Shown one piece after another: positions 57,266-64,000 of a stretch of DNA of 64,000 nt. The notes below the pieces were generated by a model, which ran no database searches, had not been told where the DNA came from, and was given only the letters and a program-made list of their open reading frames with translations. Within the stretch, counting starts at the first letter, position 1, and every line of letters begins with the position of its first letter. Both the position numbers and the translations under genes were made by a program. Source of the stretch: Caulobacteraceae bacterium (GTDB lineage: Bacteria; Pseudomonadota; Alphaproteobacteria; Caulobacterales; Caulobacteraceae); the NCBI GenBank assembly GCA_019748055.1, contig JAIEQC010000050.1:24817-88816 (forward strand), in the 5' to 3' direction.

Positions 57266-57664
57266 TCACACCCAAGCGTCGTTCTGCGTCCACCTTCTTC
57301 TTGCGGGCACGATGATGCCTGCCTCTCGCTCATCTTTTTGACCGGGCAGCGCCTCCCGCTTCTTGTAAAAACGACCACCGCCCCACGCGCACCTTTGCGC
57401 ACCTGTGTGCCGAGCGCTGCCCACTGCCGGTACGACGCCCAGACATTTGAGCAGAATCCTTACCGCCTCCCCCGAGCCCACGGGGCGACGATGTTGACGC
57501 CTTGGTACGGCTTGCCGGTTGCGGCGTTCATCGGTCGGTCGAAGCCGAGGTCCGCGCGTGCCACGGCTTCACGAATTCCCCCGCCCCTTCTTTGATCGCC
57601 GTCACGATGGTTTGGGTAATGGCGCGTAGACGCCCGTGCGTTTGGAAAGAACCTGGTCAGTCAT
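57266..57664 (-). pseudogene. decayed ArdC-like (DUF1738 N-terminal domain) antirestriction gene
   Basis: Minus-strand pieces in shifting frames: MTDQVLSKRTGVY / ITQTIVTAIKEGAGEFVKPWH / PMNAATGKPYQGVNIVAPW / WASYRQWAALGTQVRKGARGAVVVF / YKKRE...IIVP. Together these recapitulate the ArdC N-domain order, with at least 3 frame breaks or stops. The metalloprotease half is absent. Confidence 0.55.
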
Positions 57665-57872
57665 GGTGTGGCCCTCCTTGGTGCCGGAGAAGGCCCCCAG
57701 GCGGGGCGCTCTCCGGCCTCACGGAAGGCCTGCCTTCCGACCCGATCGTCTCGCACGCGATTTACTTGCGAAAGGGGGCGCCGCCTGGCGTGGGTCGCTG
57801 TCTGGACTCCAGCGGCTTGGGCGCTAGCTTGATCGCGAGGGAGGGACGGTCTCGCATGAGCCCGAAAGGCGG

Positions 57873-58403
57873 ATGACCAACAAGGCAAATGGATGCGCGG
57901 GCTGGGCGGTGGCGGGCGTGCTGGGCGTTATCGCAGTCGGTCAGTGCATGGGCGAAGACCCCGTGCCGTCTCAAGCCAGCGATCCCTTGGCGTTGGCTAC
58001 GCCCTCCCCGGCACCAGTCATGCGCGAGACTGCAAGGCAATTTCTTTACGTCCGAGCGGAAACCTTGAACTGCCGCGCTTCCCCGTCAACGAGCAGCGAG
58101 ACGGTGCGACGCCTCGCGGACCGCGATCTCGTCGGTGTTGTCCGCGAAGAGAATGGATGGGCTAAACTCAGTGATCCGGCTTGTTGGGTCAGACGCGATT
58201 ATCTCGGATCGAGCCCGCGCGAACGGCCGGTCGCCCAGCCCCAACCGCTCTACGCCAGCGGCTCTCGAAGAAGCGCGAGCTCCTCAGCCTACTATCGCAA
58301 CTGCTCGGAGGCTCGTGCTGCGGGAGCCGCCCCGGTCTATGCGGGCGATCCCGGCTATGCCCGCAGACTGGATCGTGATGGAGACGGCGTCGGCTGCGAG
58401 TGA
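57873..58403 (+). CDS. SH3b-like + Excalibur calcium-binding domain protein
   Basis: N-terminal TM/signal, LNCRASPSTSSETVRRL...GWAKL (SH3b-like), and the C-terminal YYRNCSEARAAGAAPVYAGDPGYARRLDRDGDGVGCE (Excalibur signature). Confidence 0.75.
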   Translation: MTNKANGCAGWAVAGVLGVIAVGQCMGEDPVPSQASDPLALATPSPAPVMRETARQFLYVRAETLNCRASPSTSSETVRRLADRDLVGVVREENGWAKLSDPACWVRRDYLGSSPRERPVAQPQPLYASGSRRSASSSAYYRNCSEARAAGAAPVYAGDPGYARRLDRDGDGVGCE

Positions 58404-58417
58404 CGGAGACGGCCTCG

Positions 58418-58987
58418 TCAGCGCTCCGCCACACACAAGAGCCGATGATGCGGCCCGAGCGGCATGCCGCCCGGATCGTAGCGGATGGACTGTCCGCGTC
58501 CGAGGAACGGCTGCGTCCAGCGGTCGAACCAATGGATGATGTAGAGCTTGCCGCGCTCGGCCGCGGCTAAGGTCGTGGGACGCCCCTCGTAGGTGTAGAC
58601 GTCGCGGGAAACGAAATGGAGCTGCGGCCGGGAGCGCGCCTGGGGCTCGTACGGCGGCACCGCCGGCCACATGAGCCCCTCGTTCCAGAAGAACAGGCGC
58701 GTCCATCGGGCTGCTGCGTTCTGGTAGTGCTGCTCGCGCATGAGGGTCTGCAGTTCCGTCATCGTCGGTGCCCGCCAGCCCGATATCGCGGGCACGGGAA
58801 CGGCTGCGCAGATCCGGTCAGCGTCGCGCCAATGGCGGTCCGTCAGGTCGAGCTGGCCGACATACCAGACCAACTCCCCTCCCCGGCTCTGTACCGTGTT
58901 CGGGTGCGGCCCACGCGACACCTGTGCGTCCGCTGGCGTGGCTGCGATGAGGGTCGTCGTCGCGATCAAGAAGGCCAGTCTATGCAT
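58418..58987 (-). CDS. secreted DUF1566 (Lcl C-terminal)-like protein
   Basis: Signal peptide MHRLAFLIATTTLIAATPADA. GWRAPTMTELQTL matches the DUF1566 GWRLPTxxEL motif. Confidence 0.6.
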   Translation of the reverse strand: MHRLAFLIATTTLIAATPADAQVSRGPHPNTVQSRGGELVWYVGQLDLTDRHWRDADRICAAVPVPAISGWRAPTMTELQTLMREQHYQNAAARWTRLFFWNEGLMWPAVPPYEPQARSRPQLHFVSRDVYTYEGRPTTLAAAERGKLYIIHWFDRWTQPFLGRGQSIRYDPGGMPLGPHHRLLCVAER

Positions 58988-59405
58988 CGGAGGGGGCCGT
59001 CACCGCGGCTTCCGCCGCGCGCTTGCGCAACACCATGATGGCAATCGGGGCCGCGAGGATGGCGACGGTCACGAGGAGCGTCATGGTGTTCATGCCGCTC
59101 ATGGCGTTGGTGCTGCCTTCCATGAGGGCGCGGCTCTCGGGGTCAACGGTGCCGAGCGAGGAAATGTCGCGGTTGACGCTCTTCATGTAGCCGCCGCCGA
59201 ACATCATGAGGTGCCAGGTGGGTGAGAGGAGAAACATCTTCACCCAGGCCAGAAGGTCGACGATCACCACCCACTGGCGCTCCCCTGCCCATGCGGCGCC
59301 TGCGAGGATGAGGACGGCGAGGAGGCTCACGTAGTTTCCGAGGACCGGGATGGGGAGCGAGATGAGAAGCAGGACGAAGGCGGTTATGCCAAGGCTCTTG
59401 CCCAT
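58980..59405 (-). CDS. hypothetical integral membrane protein
   Basis: 141 aa, about four hydrophobic helices. Overlaps the downstream gene start by 8 nt. Confidence 0.6.
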   Translation of the reverse strand: MGKSLGITAFVLLLISLPIPVLGNYVSLLAVLILAGAAWAGERQWVVIVDLLAWVKMFLLSPTWHLMMFGGGYMKSVNRDISSLGTVDPESRALMEGSTNAMSGMNTMTLLVTVAILAAPIAIMVLRKRAAEAAVTAPSDA

Positions 59406-59423
59406 GGTGCGGATCCTTCTCGG

Positions 59424-60092
59424 TTAGGGTTGGGTGCGCGGGATGGCTACGGACTCGGAGGAGCCGCCAACCTCGTAGAAGACGATGAGACCGGTCTGGC
59501 CGCGGACCGCGGGCACAAAGACCCAGCCTTGCGCGGAGGTGCCAGGCGCAATCGGGCCCACGCGCAGGCTTTCTCGCGAGAGCCGCTCAGCCATGCGGCC
59601 GATGCGGTCCCCCTCGAACATCGGCCGGAAGGCGATGAGGGCACCGCCAATGAGGGCGGCCGGCGGAAACAGGAACATCCCCGCCACCATGCCGGCGGTG
59701 CCCACACCCGCCGTGAGGAGACCTTCGCGGACGAGGTTGGGCGGTTTGACGAGCTCGGCCGCTCCTTGCGCGGCGTCGAGCACGATGCCGCCGTCGATCT
59801 GTTCCTGGACCCTCGTGAGGCTCACGGTGCGCGAGCCGACGTTTGAGACCGACATCCGTATCTGGAGCCAGTTGGGGTCGCTCGGGATGAAGCCGGGCTG
59901 CCCGGCCATGATCACCTGATCGACCGCAACACGTAGATCACGGCTGCTAACTGCCTCGTACGAGAAGGTCTCTAGGGCGATGGCTTCTGGTGGACGCGAC
60001 CCGCCGAAATCCATCCCGCCGCCCGCGCATCCTACAAGAAGCGCGCTCGCCAGCGCGATCGACACCCCTGCCCGCATCATGCCCTCCCGCAT
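59424..60092 (-). CDS. hypothetical lipoprotein
   Basis: The internal ATG gives MREGMMRAGVSIALASALLVGCAGG (lipobox) and a C-terminal hydrophobic segment. The upstream part of the tracked ORF was rejected. Confidence 0.6.
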   Translation of the reverse strand: MREGMMRAGVSIALASALLVGCAGGGMDFGGSRPPEAIALETFSYEAVSSRDLRVAVDQVIMAGQPGFIPSDPNWLQIRMSVSNVGSRTVSLTRVQEQIDGGIVLDAAQGAAELVKPPNLVREGLLTAGVGTAGMVAGMFLFPPAALIGGALIAFRPMFEGDRIGRMAERLSRESLRVGPIAPGTSAQGWVFVPAVRGQTGLIVFYEVGGSSESVAIPRTQP

Positions 60093-60164
60093 CGAGATGT
60101 CCCCAATATGGGGACGCCCTGAACGCTCTCTACCAAAGGACCGCTGAGTTGGAAAGCGGGCCGC

Positions 60165-60425
60165 ATGAAGCGTCGTTGGGTTGGATCTCCGGACTACCGG
60201 GCGGCAGTCGCAACACTCCGTGCCGCCCGTGAAGCGCAGGGCCTCTCCCAACGCGAAGTTGCGCGGCGCCTCAGGAAGCCGGTAAGTTTTCTCAACAAGA
60301 TCGAGCTTCTAGAGCGCCGGATCGACATTCTGGAGTTCGTCCAGCTCTGTCGAGCCTTAGGCGTGCAGCCTGGCGAGCTTATGGCTGAAATCGCCGCCAG
60401 TACTCGTCCCGATGCGGAGTTTTAG
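60165..60425 (+). CDS. XRE-family HTH regulator
   Basis: 86 aa. LRAAREAQGLSQREVARRLRKPVSFLNKIELLERRIDILEF is an XRE HTH. Confidence 0.8.
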   Translation: MKRRWVGSPDYRAAVATLRAAREAQGLSQREVARRLRKPVSFLNKIELLERRIDILEFVQLCRALGVQPGELMAEIAASTRPDAEF

Positions 60426-60556
60426 GGCGCTGCAGGAGCCGCCGTTGGCGACTAAGGGAGTGAGCATCACCTCGTTCAGCGACGTTTTATGCCCGGCAGG
60501 AACTCCCGCAACCGATTCTGGCGTACTCGCCTGCTAGTTGACGACCTTCGCTATCC

Positions 60557-61150
60557 GTGCGCCCATTGGGGGAAGGCGCGGCGGTATGGAGGGGGCTCTT
60601 GTCACACGATCGTCGAACGACGCTGCGCCGACTTTTGGCGGGCGGCGCCCTTTTCGCCCTTTGGCCCAGAGCGGCCTTCGCCGAAGACCCGGTGATATAC
60701 ACATACGATGCTCTGGGTCGGCTGACCTCGGCTGCCTACCCCAACGGCGTCACTATCACCTATACCTATGACGCTGCGGGCAACCGGCTTCAGGTGTCTA
60801 CGGGCGGCGCTCCTCCTCCGCCTCCGCCTCCCCCTCCGCCTCCGCCTCCTCCGCCGCTAAACGCGTCGGTGTCGCCCACAAGCTGGACAAGCACGCCGTC
60901 AAGCGAGGATCCGCCGGTTCAGGTGACGGTGACCGGCGGCACGCCCCCATATAGCTACGCGTGGCAGCGGGTTTCCGGACATCAATTCACCTTCGCCTCA
61001 ACGCCGGCCGCGAATTCGACGACTTGGTACGTCTCGGGGGGCACGCTTTTCCCGCCCATCAAGACCTCGGTCTGGCGCTGCCAGGTCACAGACGCTGCTT
61101 CCGCCTCGACCTTCACCTCGAACGTGTCGGTGTCCATCGATGTCAGCTGA
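60557..61150 (+). CDS. YD-repeat / poly-Pro / Ig-like secreted protein
   Basis: Tat-like signal (DRRTTLRRLLAGGALFALWPRAAFA), YD repeats (YTYDALGRLTSAAYPNGVTITYTYDAAGNRL), 15 consecutive Pro, then a beta-rich domain. The likely true start is the TTG at 60599, after a GGAGGGGG RBS. Confidence 0.7.
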   Translation: MRPLGEGAAVWRGLLSHDRRTTLRRLLAGGALFALWPRAAFAEDPVIYTYDALGRLTSAAYPNGVTITYTYDAAGNRLQVSTGGAPPPPPPPPPPPPPPPLNASVSPTSWTSTPSSEDPPVQVTVTGGTPPYSYAWQRVSGHQFTFASTPAANSTTWYVSGGTLFPPIKTSVWRCQVTDAASASTFTSNVSVSIDVS

Positions 61151-64000
61151 TCGGAACACCAAGCGTCGCACCCTTCTGCTCGTCGCGGCGGCTACCGGCA
61201 GCCTATGGGGTTCAACGGCATTCGCCCAGACCGCTCAGGGCGCCCAGGCACCAGAGAACTACGCCGTCGACGGCAATAGCATCGACGTCATACGGGGCAC
61301 CTTCAATCACTCCGCCACCGACGTCGCCATCGGGCCGCAGCAAGGCGGCCTTGCCTACACCAGAACGATCGCCGGGGAGGTGCGACGCGGGAACCTCGAC
61401 GGACTCATTGAGGTCCAGGTAGTCGGCGAGGTTATCCCCGGCCAGTTCATCTACCAGTACAGCGTGAGCATCGGCAGCTCCAGCTCGCTGTTTCAGAGCT
61501 ACGCGGCGACCACGATGGACAGCCTCGAAGCCGATGGCGCAACGTTGAGCTATGACGGAACCGGCTACACCTTCACGGACGCCGCCGGGACGGTGAGTTT
61601 GTTCAACCCGGCCCTCGCGAACCCGTTGCCGCCGTACGCGAGTTCGCCGCCGGCCGGGCCGGGCGGGCGCCTCACGCGGATGACCAAACCCAACGGTGAG
61701 CGCTGGGACTGGTACTATCGCTCGGCGACCATTGGCTCGGCCATCCCCGTGCACCGCGTTCAGTCGGTCACCAACACGCTCGGCTATCAGGTCAAGTTCG
61801 AGTACGCCTTCAATGGCACGCCCACGACACAGGCGGAGTTGGACGCGTTCGGGACTACCACGAAGGCTCTTGCGATCAACAACACCGTCGACTGGTGCGA
61901 CCCGACCGGGGACACCTGCGGTTCACTTACCCAGAATTGGCCGCAAGCGCAGTACCAGACGACGAACTTCACCGGCGGCTTCCGGCTAGACGTCACCAAC
62001 GCGCTGTCTCAAACCACGGGCTACGTATTTGGAAGCGAAGGCGGTGGATCCTTCGCATACCTAACAGAGATCGACTGGCCTGAGCCGGGCCGCGCTTCCA
62101 CCACGCTCACCTACAGCGGCGAGAAGGTCGTCACTTACTCGGATGGCCGAGGGACTTGGAACTATAGCTACGTGCCAAGCGGCACCAACTTCCAAGAAAC
62201 GACCGTCACGGACCCGAACGCCCAAGCAACCATCTATCGGGCCCGTCTCCGCTTTGGACCTCCGCCCGGCCCCATGGGCGACTACACGGAAATGCAGCGC
62301 CTCACCTGGTTTCAGGATCCGACGGGCGCGCGGACCTACACGCAGTACGACGAGAACGCCCGTCTCATCGGCGTTACCGCGCCCCAAGGGAACAAGGTCG
62401 AGTACACCCGCGACGGTCGCGGAAACATCACGGAGATGCGCCGTATCGCGAAACCATCCGCGCCGGCACCGACCCTCACGTCCACCTGGACCTATTCGAA
62501 CTCCTGCACCAATCGCTTCACCTGCAACCTACCGACCTCCGCCACCGACGCGCGAGGGAACACGACCGACTACGTCTACGACCAGTCGCATGGCGGTCTT
62601 CTGACTGAGACCCGGCCTGCTGCGGCGTTGGGACAGGATCGGCCGCAGACCCGCTACACGTATCAGGCGCTTCAGGCATGGCGACGGACCAGCTCGTCAT
62701 CAACCCAAGTCGCAGCCCCAGCAGTTATGCTGCCAGTCCAGGTCTCGGCCTGCGCCTCGGGCATCGCGCCGTCATGTGTCGGCACGGCGCAGGAGGTGCG
62801 GACGACGACCGCCTACCAGGCGGGAAACAGCTCGACCGGCTCGAACCTGCTTCCCGTCTCGCTCACCGCAGGTGCCGGTGACGGCTCGCTGCTGGCCACG
62901 ACCACCACGACCTGGGACTCGCGCGGCGACAAAAAGACCGTGGATGGGCCGTTGCCGGGTACGGCGGACACCACTTGGTATGCCTACGACGCCTTGCGAC
63001 GGAATGTAGGCGTCATCGCTTCGGACCCCGACGGCGCGGGCCCCCTGCCGTTCCCGGCGACCCGGACGGTCTTCAACGCCGACGGCCAACCGATCGAAGT
63101 CGAGCAGGGGTCGGCAACCGCGCAGTCTGACGCCGCGCTCGCGTCGATGACCGTGCTCAGCGAGGTCGTCACGGCCTACGACGCTCAGGGGCGCAAGGTC
63201 AAAGACACGCAGGTGCTCGGCACGGGCACGATCAGTGTGACGCAATACTCCTATGACAATAAAGGGCGGCTCATCTGCACCGCGGTTCGTATGAACCCTG
63301 CCGCGTTTGGGAGTCTTCCCAGCGACGTCTGTGCGCTCGGCGCCGCCGGCACCTTTGGCGATGATCGCATCAGCCGCAATGGCTACGACACCGTAGATCG
63401 CCTGACGCAGGTGGAGACGGGTGTGGGCACGACGGTGGCACAGGTCAGCCGGCTCCAGAACTGGACCGCCAACGGCAAACTCGATTGGGTCCAAGACGCC
63501 AATCAGAACCGATCGGAGTACGCCTATGATGGGTTCGACCGGTTGCTGAAGCTGGAGTTCCCGCTACCCACCTTGGGTGCCCAGGCGGCGAACCCGAACG
63601 ACTATGAGCAGTATGGCTATGACGCGAACGACAACCTGACATCCCGTCGGCTGCGGGACGGTCAAGAGATCACATTCAATTATGACGCTCTGAACCGTGA
63701 GACCGTGAAGAATGTGCCGGGCTACGGCGGAACCAACGACGTGGCGACCGGCTATGATCTGCTGGACCGACGTCTGACCGCCGCTTTCCTGGAGGACTTT
63801 GGCGTCGGCTCCCTGGCCTGGACCTGGGACGCGCTTGGCCGACCGACCAGCGAGAGCCAAGGCATCTTCGTCATTGGGTCCGCCTACGACCTCGCGGGGA
63901 GGCGCACCCGGATGACCTTGCCGTCGGGCCACGGCGTGGATTTCGAGTGGGACTTGGCCGACCGGATGACAATGGTGTGGGAGGCCAGTCAGTCTCCGTC
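61140..64000 (+). CDS. RHS/YD-repeat protein (3'-partial, runs off window)
   Basis: The ATG at 61140 overlaps the upstream stop by 11 nt. Signal peptide MSADRNTKRRTLLLVAAATGSLWGSTAFA. The frame stays open to base 64000, with many YD-type repeats (YxYDxxGNxT, YAYDALRRNVG, YSYDNKGRL, YAYDGFDRLL, YGYDANDNLT, FNYDALNRE). Confidence 0.85.
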   Translation, partial: MSADRNTKRRTLLLVAAATGSLWGSTAFAQTAQGAQAPENYAVDGNSIDVIRGTFNHSATDVAIGPQQGGLAYTRTIAGEVRRGNLDGLIEVQVVGEVIPGQFIYQYSVSIGSSSSLFQSYAATTMDSLEADGATLSYDGTGYTFTDAAGTVSLFNPALANPLPPYASSPPAGPGGRLTRMTKPNGERWDWYYRSATIGSAIPVHRVQSVTNTLGYQVKFEYAFNGTPTTQAELDAFGTTTKALAINNTVDWCDPTGDTCGSLTQNWPQAQYQTTNFTGGFRLDVTNALSQTTGYVFGSEGGGSFAYLTEIDWPEPGRASTTLTYSGEKVVTYSDGRGTWNYSYVPSGTNFQETTVTDPNAQATIYRARLRFGPPPGPMGDYTEMQRLTWFQDPTGARTYTQYDENARLIGVTAPQGNKVEYTRDGRGNITEMRRIAKPSAPAPTLTSTWTYSNSCTNRFTCNLPTSATDARGNTTDYVYDQSHGGLLTETRPAAALGQDRPQTRYTYQALQAWRRTSSSSTQVAAPAVMLPVQVSACASGIAPSCVGTAQEVRTTTAYQAGNSSTGSNLLPVSLTAGAGDGSLLATTTTTWDSRGDKKTVDGPLPGTADTTWYAYDALRRNVGVIASDPDGAGPLPFPATRTVFNADGQPIEVEQGSATAQSDAALASMTVLSEVVTAYDAQGRKVKDTQVLGTGTISVTQYSYDNKGRLICTAVRMNPAAFGSLPSDVCALGAAGTFGDDRISRNGYDTVDRLTQVETGVGTTVAQVSRLQNWTANGKLDWVQDANQNRSEYAYDGFDRLLKLEFPLPTLGAQAANPNDYEQYGYDANDNLTSRRLRDGQEITFNYDALNRETVKNVPGYGGTNDVATGYDLLDRRLTAAFLEDFGVGSLAWTWDALGRPTSESQGIFVIGSAYDLAGRRTRMTLPSGHGVDFEWDLADRMTMVWEASQSP

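Larger units (their letters stand above)
29531..64000. mobile_element. putative genomic island / mosaic accessory region inserted in comM (right end not in window)
   Basis: Begins at the comM break. Contents are RiPP, QueC-like/ImmA/PIN, T4CP-like ATPase, ArdC remnant, XRE regulators and RHS. Several lower-GC blocks are present. No integrase was seen and the comM 5' part is not in the window. Confidence 0.4.

Noticed and set aside
29531-64000. Integrase, transposase, tRNA or att direct repeats delimiting the island
   Set aside because: I looked for tyrosine/serine recombinase or DDE motifs and for tRNA-like cloverleaf sequences at block boundaries and found none. The island extent is therefore left open.

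Overview
High-GC alphaproteobacterial chromosome segment, Caulobacterales-like as inferred from the protein sequences and gene order. Bases 1-29.0 kb are housekeeping backbone: DsbD-type and thioredoxin-fold redox genes, pgi, groES-groEL with a CIRCE-like operator, two acyl-CoA dehydrogenases, dapB, dnaK-dnaJ, GNAT-hrcA-grpE, rph, an SDR plus phhB, a Crp/Fnr regulator, ubiE-ubiB, arfB, htpX, pyrF and a marC-family gene. This backbone carries one small, visibly lower-GC insertion at 8.1-9.5 kb (an orphan ORF plus higBA). At about 29.53 kb the competence gene comM is cut off and only its 3' third remains. From there to the window end the content is accessory and mosaic, with no integrase or transposase visible. 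Four things stand out in the accessory part. (1) A tightly coupled five-gene minus-strand operon at 30.08-34.91 kb. It starts with a 54-aa precursor-like ORF missing from the supplied ORF track, whose C-terminus is YDR-M-HHR-HNR-S. This is followed by an FxsB-like radical SAM/SPASM enzyme with a C-terminal HExxH domain, an arginase-fold-like protein, a GNAT and a GT2 glycosyltransferase. I read it as a cyclophane-type (triceptide-like) RiPP cluster with an unusual tailoring set. (2) A four-gene translationally coupled operon at 38.86-42.56 kb: a helical 188-aa protein, a QueC-like PP-loop/Zn enzyme, an XRE-ImmA/IrrE fusion and a PIN-like protein. It is a candidate new conflict or defence system. 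(3) A membrane DUF5919-like protein coupled to a PgeF/YfiH-type enzyme, next to a T4CP-like ATPase and a decayed ArdC gene (54.3-57.7 kb). (4) A 3'-partial RHS/YD-repeat locus at 60.6-64.0 kb. There is also an inorganic-carbon module (TerC, two beta-carbonic anhydrases, LysR, an SbtA-like permease). I found no rRNA, tRNA or CRISPR array by eye. All homology calls come from motif recognition only; no searches were run.
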